A stretch of 54,223 bases of DNA from Octopus bimaculoides (lineage: Eukaryota): NCBI RefSeq assembly GCF_001194135.2, contig NC_068982.1, positions 33,295,821 to 33,350,043 on the forward strand, read 5' to 3'. Each line of letters begins with the position of its first letter. The first letter of the stretch is position 1. Shown here piece after piece: positions 1 through 11,900 of the stretch. The notes below the pieces were generated by a model. The model saw nothing but the letters and a program-made list of their open reading frames with translations, was not told where the DNA came from and searched no databases. The position numbers were made by a program, and so were the translations under genes.

Positions 1-459
1 GTGTGTGTTTGTGTGTGTGTGTGTGGAATTTTATTGGAAAACAAAAGACGAAGACAGATGTATGAACAACAAACAAGTGTATTAGGCGCACAGGAAAAGT
101 GAAAAAGTATTTTCTGTTTCGAGCCTATGCTCTTCAACAGAAAGGGATAAGAGAAAATAAACAAAAGAGGGGATAAAAAGAAACATGTAGAGTTCAGCGT
201 GTCTTTGCAATAGATTATGTCTTCAATTTCATTCCATAATTTCAACTTTACGTATATAGAGCAAAGAATAATAGTAATAATAATAATAATAAAAATGCCC
301 CCAACTTTCAATTTTGTCCCATAGTTTAGCAGTCAATCATCTTAGAAAGAATATAAATTATAGCATTATAGATTGTTTCCAATTTCATTTCATACATAGA
401 ACATAACAGAATAATTATATACTTTCTAAAAGGATTTGGAAAAACAATATTCTACTCAC

Positions 460-705
460 AAGGAAACTATGGAGAAAATGATAAATTTGTGCTGTATTCT
501 GATCTAAAGCAGTTGGTGGTGGTGTCAAAACAGCTGAGGTATCTGAATTTGAAGGGACAGGCGGTAGATCAATACAGCTAACTAAGGCCATTCCTGCTAA
601 ATTAACTGGTTGATTATTTGTGTCTGTACTATCAAGTGTGTGATGTTTAGTAACCATACTTTGAATATAACCTGTACTCTTTCGGTTGTTGATTTTCATG
701 GAGTC
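460..705 (-). CDS. ARHGEF18-like: RhoGEF exon (phase 0-0): DSMKINNRK...TAQIYHFLHSFL
   Basis: Poly-T acceptor TTTTTAG at 706, donor GTGAGT at 454-459, 246 nt open and in frame with the previous exon. Confidence 0.85.
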
Positions 706-3700
706 CTAAAAAAAAAAAATTTAAAAAAAAAAGATAAAAAAATAAACATAATAAAATATGAGAATTTGAAATTGTACAAATTTCAAAACAAAAGTCAACT
801 GAGTTTTACAATGAATTCAGTGAATGATGTGTGAAAAATTAAAATGTTTGAGTGAAAGTTTCTAGTGGAATTGTTTCCATGTTACCATTTTTGATAAACT
901 ATTTTCTAAAACAGAAACCCTTCCTAACACTAACTTCTTAAATACAAGAGTGAAACAGTTTACCATAAAGAAGACAAAATTAGTATCAAGAAAATTTGTA
1001 AACCAAAAGGAACTTTATTTTGAAGATTAGCACAGTAAAACAAATTCCACACTGATTTTTTTAACAAAGATTGTCTGCGGTACATTGTGAGAAGTGGTTA
1101 AGGTGTGAGAGGAAGATTATCTGTTCTGCAAATTACTTTCTTAAACTCACAAAATCCGTACAACACCCATTGAAGCTCATTTGACGAGCCAGTCTCATCT
1201 TTTTTCATTTTAAGTATTTTGTTTAACAGCATTTCCTCATCATTCCACATTGCATGAGTCTGTAAAAGTTCTGCAGACTATAAAGATTTAACCATCCCTA
1301 TCTTTGTGTCTCTGTTCCCCTATCCACCATTTGGAAACCAGTGTTGGTTTGTTTATGTCCCCCTGTAACACAGCAGTTCAACAAAAGAGACCACTAGAAT
1401 AAGAGGCAGACTTAAAAATATCAGTACCAAGGGCAATTTGTTTGATTATGACTGAATGACTGAAACAAGTTACAGATAAAAGATTAACCAAGTTAAGTTT
1501 AGTCTTATGTGTACTCCAGATATGTAACATGACTATACTTTGCTTGTGACGAGAAAGCAATTGCGTCTCTTAAGAGGAACAAGTTTAGTGTGATTTGAAT
1601 TGCTTATGCAATGTGACAATGTTAAATAGGTTGATTTCAAATAAATAGAGACTTAGACTGAATGAGAGAAGTAGTACTTGTATGGAGCAATCAGTTGGCT
1701 AATTATAGTTCTTAAGAAAATGTGCCAGAGTGAAGAAGAAACAATTAGATTTCATTGTAGAAAGTTAAGCAACTGAAATATAAGAACAAAAGCCAGGAAG
1801 GCATGGAAACATTTTGTAAAGCTATTTCTAAGCTGTGCAAGTATGATGGAGTTAGCAGAAGTGATTAAGGGAGGAGGGTGTATGAAGATTTGTAACTTTA
1901 TGTAAATATTACTCAACATGAAACAAAGTCATCAATATCTATTTAGAAGGGGAACTTAACTTGTACCTTGAAGGAGCTACCACCACACAAGCATATGGCA
2001 GACTATTTTTGCCCAAATTTTACAGCATAAAACAGTAATTATAGGTATTTATTTTAAAAACTTTAAAAGGAAAATGAAAACAAAATATAGAATAAATGTA
2101 ATCTTAAGATGCAGTACTTCACAAAAATAAAACGACAAAAGAATGTGACCAGTAGATTCATTCAACCTGTGCTTTCATGGGAAAAAAAGGGACATGAAAA
2201 TATGTTTGATAGTGTTGGTGAAAATGGCAGAATTTTTATGAGGTTGAAAGAGATATTAAAAAAAATCTGGATAACAATTCAAAACGGCAGCCATCAAAAT
2301 ATTCTCAATAATATTAAAGATAAACAATGAATGAAAACTGTTAGAAAGTTTATCTCACCTTAGAACCAGAACTATCACTTTCATGTAGATTAAACATACT
2401 GGCACTGCGACACTCCTGGTTGACATAAGAATGTGGACGTTTCTGACCAGGATCTAAACAAGAGTCATTTTAAAGAATTAAGACAAAGCACAAGACAGTT
2501 TTAATAAACTTTGCATGAATATTTCTTCCTTTCCAGTTTAGTTACAAAACTCAAGTTCCCCCACCCAACTCTGAGCAAGACTGTTTTGTTTTTTGTTTTT
2601 TTGGTTGTTTTTTTTGGAGGGGGGGGGTCCTTTGAGGTAAACACCTCATTGTTTGAAACATCAACATACTGGTACCAAATTTTAAATAAGTGTTTTAGAA
2701 TTGTGAAAAATACATTTTTATAAAAATTAATGAATTCTTTGTGTATGCCCGTTAGCCCTATTATAAAATGTCAATTTTCTTATAAATTTTTCAATATTTT
2801 TGCAAACATTTTCCAAAAGCCACAAACAAATTCAACTTAAAATTCAAACAAATTCAAACATTTTCCAAAAACCACTAACAAATTCAACTTAAAATACTTA
2901 CCAAAACGTTTTCAGAAATTAAGCAAGAGAGTAGCATTATTAGGGTAGTTGTCTTTGTAGACACCAAAAATAAGAATTGAAACACAGTTCTAAATTTAAA
3001 TTCTAGTTTCAGTATCATATTTGAAGATTTTATAATGACTTAATATACATCTGATGTTTTTAAATTTTATAACAAATTAAGTACCTAAAAATATATTTTA
3101 TTTTTAAGGTTTTCTGTATAGATTTTCTATAGGATTCAGAACTAGCACTGTAAGTTAGGATATTTCATTAAAAAATACGTTTATGTAAACAATGTGATAA
3201 AAAATAGAAAACTAGGTAATGTGTGTGTATACATATTTCAAGTATAATTGTCCTCTCACCAGCACTTCACCCAACCTACCAACTATTCAAGAACATGTTG
3301 TTTAAATATCCATCATGTTTAGTGATGTAATATAATTGGATGATCAATTTTCACTAAATATTTACATTACAGTAAGATTTATAATTTAAGAGAAATATTT
3401 TGTTAATAGTACAGTAATAAATAAGAGAGGACAAGTCCATAACATAAAGCCTATGCATAAAACTGTCAATAAGCAGCTTATTAATGAACAGCTGAAGTTC
3501 AGGAGAGCAAAGAAAGGAAAATGAGAGGTGTCACTTTCCAGCAGTCAGACATGTGGTAATAAAAAAAAAAATAATAAAAAAATATGCATGCTTAGTGAGA
3601 AGAATATTCATTTACTTAGAGAAACATCATAGGTTCAAGAGATAGAAATGTGAAGAAATAAGATTTGTGGCTATTTGGTGAAATATAAAAATAAAAACAG

Positions 3701-4460
3701 AATACATTTGTGAGTATCAACAAAATAGAAGAGAATGAAAATGGACAGTCCTTCCTTGTTTTGGATACCACAAGCATATTCAGTGCAAAATTTTAAATCA
3801 CTATTCAGATATATTAACTAATAACTTAGAATTAATGAAAATTTTAGGCAATTTACATTTAGCAATACTATTTTACTCAGTGAATCAATGCTACTAGAAT
3901 TATCTATGTTACAAAAAAAATTGTCGTATACACTATTAAAAGTATAAAATGGTTTTAATATTTTCATAAAATTTAATTAAGAGGATTAATGATGTTTATT
4001 AGTATATTATTACATTAGTAAAAAAAAAAATTTTTTAAGCAAAATAAATAAATAAAATACAGATAAAATTCACCAAGAACCAATTTGTTAGTGAAAACCC
4101 CAAAAAACAAATAATAGCAACAAAAAAAAGTTATGCTTCCTTTCTGAGGAAATTGAACAACTCCATAATAGAAATGACTACTAGAGTTAAAGTGATCAAA
4201 ATTAACACTTAAACCAGGCAAAGCAATCTTCAAGTTTTCAGTTTTAATGTTTAATTTATTCCAGATATTCATCAGAAATATCCAATGTAGCCAGAAGAGA
4301 AAATTGTAATAATGAATAAAATTTTTATTACATATTTACAAAATATCAATAATGATAATATAATAGTGAGATCACTTCAGTTATGGAGTTTAATTTCAAC
4401 GAAATTAGTTTCAAATACCAGCAGTTCAGCTTCAACCATACCCAACAGTAAACATGAACA

Positions 4461-4492
<32 letters not shown>

Positions 4493-5957
4493 AAATTCGG
4501 TGCTTAGAAAAAGAGAAAGATAGGGAAAGAAAACCTTTCAAAAGTGTCACACATCAAAATAACTTATACATTTGCAAATGTTTATTAATTTCATAAAAAT
4601 ATCCAATGTAGGGTTTTCAAAAAAAAAAAAAATAACAAAATTCACAAATAAATTATGTTAAACATTTTGCAAATGAAAACTAATTTCACATCTAACATAA
4701 AGTCTCTACTTCACATCCAGAAGCTCAAAGTAGATATCATAATTGCTCAGTTTCATTTTTCAATACAAATGGAAAAAAGAAATGTGTTCAAACTATCGAT
4801 ACTACAACTGTCATCACAAATAACGGTAACCATCTACTCCAGAGTGTGGTCAGTGTCAAAAGTAAGCAACAAGCAAGGGATCAGTTTTTTTTGTTTTTTT
4901 TTTTAAGGTGCCAACATGCGTCGTCCTTAAGAGGAGGGGAAGAGCTTTGTGCAATTTCTTATGTGACTTTTTCAGTTAGGTGTTAATATATATAACAGCA
5001 AGCAAACCTTACCTTTCCTTAAATCACTGTCAAAACCAGCAAATGTTTCTGCCCTTTTGGGCACAGCATGTGTGCTAATACTACTGCCTAAGTGCTCGGT
5101 GCCGCCCCCTACTGGAGACATTAAGCACGCACTATTTTCCTGTAGGACTTTTGTTAGCTTGGTAACTGAAGGACAACAGTAAATACTAGTCAGAAATGTA
5201 GGAAAATAAACTGCTAAGGCAACAAGACAGGGAATGGCTCTGTAATATTTTTTTTTAAGCTCAATTTCCAAAGGCAAGAGATGTTGATAGGTACTAATTA
5301 TGATTTTATATTCTATATCCCCCCCCCCCTCTGAATTAAAACAAGAAAAGAAAAACGTAAAACAGAAAAATATGCCTATCTGAAACAACCTTGTTTTAAA
5401 GTAAATGCTTAGAATATGAGAGTTGGTTCCCCTCTATTTCTGAGTAGTCTCCCTGGAACACAAGATTTTTAAAACGTCCAGGATTGTAATTGTGCAGATA
5501 AACTATCCCGATCTTTTCACTACGAAGGACTCCGTTTATTTAAATGAGTTTTCCCATACACCCTAGGTCTGTTAGCTTATCATATTCACGCCTCCATCCA
5601 GTTTTGCGGACCACTGATCTAGATAATCGAAGATTTCAACACAGTAAATAATGTATATATGTATGTGACACTTATTGCACGCAGATGTGTGCGTGTGGGG
5701 GGGGGGGGTTTAATTGAGCCTTGTCACCAAGTTCTTTGTTAAGATATTTTTGGAAATGTCTTTTAGATTACCTATGGAAGATGGGCTGATGGTGATGATA
5801 ATGATGATGAACTTAGGGATTTGGACATGAAAGAGTGTGTTGCTAAAATGTAATAACAATAGCTAACTTAACAAAATGAAATGGTCATTGAGAAAACTAG
5901 TCTAAACTAACAACTGTTTGAATCAAAAGTACCAACATAAATGTAGCTTGCAAAGTA

Positions 5958-5991
<34 letters not shown>

Positions 5992-8900
5992 ATATATTAT
6001 CTTAAATATTATTATTAATATATAAAAATATATAAGGCAATGATCTGGGAGAATTGTCAGCATGCTCGGTAAAATGCTCCATGGTATTTTGTCTGTCTTT
6101 ATATTCCGAGTTCAAATTCCACAAAGGTCAACTTTGTCTTTCATCCTTTCAGGTTCAATAAAATTAAGTACCAGTTGAATATTGGGGTTGATGTAATCAA
6201 TTTACCCCTCCCTCGAAATTTCTGGCCTTGTACCAAAATTTGAAATCAATGTATAAATATATATAACAAATTATGAGATCAATATTTTCGCTTACTTCCA
6301 AACTCCTTTCTAGATATTTTGTGCCATAAGGTAATGCATATTGCAGCATTTACTTCAGTTTGATAAGTGGTTATCAACATGAAGAAAAGAAGTAAGACAT
6401 TTGTGAAAAAAAACTTTCTTCATCCATGTTAATTAGGTGTGAAAATATGTATAATGAAAGCAAAAGACGGCAAAAAATTAGGCTGGGAAGGATATAAATT
6501 ATTTCAAGCAAAACTTGGATGGAAAAAAAAAAACTTTCAGTTGTTTAATAATTATTTCTACCGTAGGCACAAGGCTTTCAAAATTTTGTGGGGAGAAGGG
6601 GGCCAGTTGATTACATTGGCCCAAGTGCATAACTGGTACTTATTTCATCAACCTCAGAAGAATGAAAGGCAAAGTCGATCTTGGTAGAATTTAAACTCAG
6701 AAGGTAATGTCAGACGAAATACAACTAAGCATTTCGCCCGGCATGCTAATGATTCTGCCAGCTCGCCACCATTTTCAGCTGTTTAATAATGCTACAATTA
6801 TTGAAAATAGTGATAGTTTTGTAACTTCAAAACTTTAATTTCATTTTCTCACTATTTATGTACCAAGGCAGTGAACTGCATCAGAAAAATCTGGTGAGGA
6901 AAATTTCTTCTGATTCTATGTACCAAGTTGAAATTTTGCCAAGGTCAGCATTGCCTTCATTCTTTTGGAAACAATAGGATAAGTACCAGCTGAGCTCTGG
7001 AGTCGATGTAAATAACTAGCCCACTCCACCAAAATTTCAGGCCTTGAGTGAAAACATTTATATATTTACGTGTATGTAAAACTTAAAGTTTGCTAATGCA
7101 AAACAGTTTCGTCTTTCAGTATCTCAGACCATAGCGATTTTATAGAAAATGTTCTTGTGCCACAAAATTATTAGAAAATGGGATGCTTTCATGGATCAAA
7201 GACAGTACAATAGAAAATGGTGAATGATGAGTGTCCATGGGGGTGGACAGGATTTCATTTAAAAAGTGATTCAGCTAGATTGATAATCTACAACCATATC
7301 ATCATGGATACAAAAGACTAGGAAGTACTATGTGAATTAATGTGGTTTTAGATATTACAATACTTGTGACACACAAGTTCTAATTTTCAGAAAAAGTAAT
7401 TTACACTGTGGTGACTCCTTCTTAATATTATTATGTAACCTGAATAAACAAACTTAAATTTAGGGGAAATTTTTTAAAAAATTTTAAAGGGTTGAACTTA
7501 AAAATTGTCATTGACATTCACTTCAATAATGCTTAATTTTCTCAGTACAACATTAAACCTGCCAAGAGTGCACATTAAAATTGAGAGGACGTTATGACAT
7601 CTGGCACTCTGTCAGTTACAGCAGTGACTGTTCCAGTTGATCCAATGAATGGAACAGCTTGATTGTGAAATCGACGTGCAAGTGGCTGAGCCCTCCACAG
7701 ACATAAATACCCTTCATATAGTTCTCAGGGAGATTCAGTATGATACAGGAAGTGACAAAAAGAGAGTTGTACCTGTAATTACATGTACAACTCATTACTA
7801 CTTACATTACACATCCAAAGATGTTATTTCCCAACAATGTAGCAGCTAATATTATTAGACTTCTAACAACGTGGATGCTTATTATAAATAAGGTCTAAGA
7901 TCGATTGTTATAGGATGATACAAAAATGCTGGTCCAATTAGTCAGTCTGAGAGTCTCAGGACAGAAAATTGCTAGATAATTGAAAGGTATTAAAGAAGAG
8001 CCTGAATGTGACAGAAATTTGATGCAATACATTAATAGAACCCCTTTTTTTCAATTCCAATAGAATTTAAATGAAATTTCAACAAAGCTTATAGAATAGA
8101 TCTTAACTAATATTTTATTTGTAAATTCAATCTTCTACCAGAATAAACAAACAGTTACATTATCTTTACTCGTTACTTGACAATATTTTTATGCTCAGGA
8201 AATTTATATCACCACAAGGTAGATTTCAGAAATATCATCCTTGTCAATTGACATTAATACTAAAAACGAAAATCGTTTTCCTGATTGTTTGCATCTGCTT
8301 TGTAACTGTAGTTCCATTTTACAATGGACTGTGATTATAGGGGAAATAACCCGTATATAATTTTGATTTACTGAATTGCGTCCCTTATATCAACATCCAC
8401 ATAAGTCCCGTCATATCCGTACAGTGTTAACAGTATTTTACCTACACAAGATCTATATCACTACATTATATCATTACTATAAACCACTTTCAATCCGGCA
8501 CAAAAGACTATTTACGTTTAACACGAATTGAATATTGTAAGGTAGAAATAGTCGCGGTTAATTAACGCGCTAGCGAGCCATTATACTTTAAACCTTGCAA
8601 CAGCTTTTGTGACCACTACAACAGCGCATGTAATATTTACCTTTTTGATATTTGTATCTTTACTTTATCTGCAATTTACTTGAGTGATAAGTTCCAACTG
8701 TATTTTGTAGTTGACTAGTCTCTCTAAAGGGATCCAGTTAATTTACAAAAAATAACTTCAGTAAAAGATATTTTTTTTTAATTAATTCTACCATGCTAAC
8801 CATGCATCTACAGAGAAATTAGTATGGGTAAAATAAACTCCTAATGAAAACTTATCAAGAAAGTAACCATGCTGGGATAATGCTTTCAATATATTTTTAA

Positions 8901-11900
8901 TCAATTAAATCTACCATTGGACATCATCTGATTATTTTTTTAATCTATTCCAAAGTTTCTTCTATTGAGTTAGTTTTCTCTTTAGAGAGTTATCTACCTG
9001 TAATGTTTGCTTCTGTTTTTTTTTTGTTTTTTTTTCTTTTATTGTCACATGCGTGCGCACGTTCACGCCTTACATGGGATTTCTTCTACAAAATTTCATT
9101 CACCAAGCATTCGCTAACGTGAGGCCACGGTAGGTGTTTGCTCATAGTGCCATGTCGTGGAGTGAAACTTGGAACGCCACCATCGTGAAGTGAATTCTCA
9201 ACCATACGCAAATATGCCTGTGACGTTTAAATTTTTTATCTTTTTATGAAGCTGGGTTTGACAGAAAGTACATGAAGTGATGTGCATGTCAAAATAGTTA
9301 ATAGTAGTAAACCCACACATAATACAAATTACTACTACTATCTGGGATAGCAGGAAGCGGACAGAGACTTTGAGGGCATTAATAAATTAGATGCAGCATC
9401 ATATCATCTCTAGCAGATTGGTTAAGATTCAAGACTTCAAAGCTCTAGACATAAAGAAAATAGCTGGGAGATAGTCATGAAATATGTCCATGAACGGCTT
9501 AGGTGGCTCATTTTTAGATATTTCCATTTTCTATCATTTAAGAATTTTAATTATAGTTATGCTATCCATAAAAGTATAGTAGCAAGATTAACAGAAAGTA
9601 TGGGAGATTTTATGGGAGACTGACAAAAAAAAGTTTCCCTTTCATAGAAAAGATGCTAACTGTACAAAGAGTGTACATGAAATTTTGCTATTGTGAAATA
9701 TGGGCACTGAGTATAGTATAACTCTTCTCAAAAGTACTTAGTATGATAAATAGTATCCATAACAACTAGACATTAAGGTGATTTAAAAGAAACTGATCAG
9801 CTGAAATGGACATATAGTGTGAATGTATAATGAGAGCTGGGTAAAAAGAACTGTACTAGGTGGAGTCAGTGAAAGAGGAAGCACATAAAAATGGAAGATT
9901 AAGTGAAGTAATCAAACACCTGAGATGACATACAACTGAGTGGTTGGTAATTTGCCATACTTCAGATCTTTCCAACCCATGCTAGCATGAAAAGGGAAAT
10001 ATGATGATGATGATGAAGATGATGTATGTATATATGGACATAGTGAAGGTAAAGCTTCAAGAAGAGCAGCCATTCTGAATAAAAAGCGTGCAAAGAGAAG
10101 ACATGGACTTTGCAAGCCACAGCAATAGTAAAACACCTAAGAAAGCGGTACCTTGAAATAAAAAGAAAGAAAGAAAGAAATTGACATAGTATAACCAAGA
10201 CACTTTAGTTAATAATACCCAGCTTTCCTTGTGCTGGTGTCACAATAAAATGTACACAGGAAGGGAATCCAGTCAAAATAAAAAGGTGCCAAAATTACAA
10301 ATACAATGAAAAACCCTAATACAGTTCTAACACTTATGTTAATGCTGCTCCCTTTCTTCATCATCAAAGGCACTCACACTGCTATTGTTGTCCCTTTCAG
10401 ATACAGAAATATCCTTTCTTATCAGGCACAAAATTTCAGGAGAGCCACTATTAGTGTTGGCAAGATGAAAGGTAGGTCTACAGAGAGTGTAGAGATCAGA
10501 GTTCGAATAGATTGTTATTAAGAGAGAGAGAACGCAATTATAGATTCTTTTAGTGGGGAATAACAGTCCTGGGGCATGTAGAGTGAGGATATTTTTGAGA
10601 AGATTAATCAAGCCTAATCACAGGCAACACATCATTAGGGATCTCTACATATGCTGTGTGCTTCTATTCAAGACTGACAGGTATGCAAAAGAATTGCTTT
10701 TATAAGGTAGACTACTTTGGTAATTAATAAATAACACAACCTCATTATCAGGGTTGCTGACTTTAAATGGACACTGGGCAACAACATTATGAATATTTGA
10801 GTATACATAGGCACTATGGATAAGGTATGACGAATAAGAAGATTTCAAGGCTCTTGGAGTTCTGTAATACCAATGACCTAACCATTTGCAATACTAACGT
10901 CAGCAAAGCAACCAGTCACTAGATGGCATACGAATGGTGAATATGCAAACCACAGAGACTTCATACTCACTGGAAAATTGAGTAGGGAGCTGGTTGTGAA
11001 TATTAAATCTTTCCATGATGAAGGACGTGCAACTCAACATAGGACTAATGATCAGTAACCTCTGGGCAAAAGCTAGATGGACTCAGAGATACAAGACAAT
11101 CTACAGAATGATATAGAAGCTAAAAGATTCCTCAGCCAGACATGGATTCAAAGAAACACTAATTTATGTGCAATATGAGAATACAATGAAGACAGAATTA
11201 TTACAAAGACAATGGGGAAGTTTCTACAGGACAACCTGCTGCAAACTACAGAGTAGATGCATAGATGGAGTAAGTTTCCATCCAAGCAGAAGAATACAAT
11301 AGAGAGAAAGAGACAGCTGAAGGACTGAAATGATTGGAAAAAAAGGGAGGAGCAACGAACAATATTAAGTAGCCAGAACAAAAGCTAGACATCAGGTATA
11401 CACACACACACATGGTGCCCATAAACTATCTTTACATCTTCTACAATTTATTGCATCTACTTAATGCATGCAACCAACTGAGCCCAAGTGGAAGAGTTCT
11501 GATTTTTCTAATAAAACATTTGTTTGCTTATGTTTTCCAATAAACTATGCTGAGTTCTCCTTATTTTTGTTTTCAAACTGTAATGATAATTTATGGATAC
11601 CATATATGATATATCCCAGTAATTCAGCAGTTTGACAAAAGGGATTGATAGAATAAGTATCAGGCTTTAAAGAGTACTGGGATTGATTCATTCAACTAAA
11701 ATTCTTCAAGTCAGTGACCCAGCATGTTTGGCCAATGCCAATGTCACAAAATTGGCACCCATTACACTCTTGGAGTGGTTGGCATTAGGAAGGGCATCCA
11801 GCCATAGAAACCATCCCAAATCAGATTGGAACCTGGTGCAGCTCCCCAGGTTACCAGTTTTCAGTTCAAATTTCAAACCCATGCCAGCATGGAAAACAGA

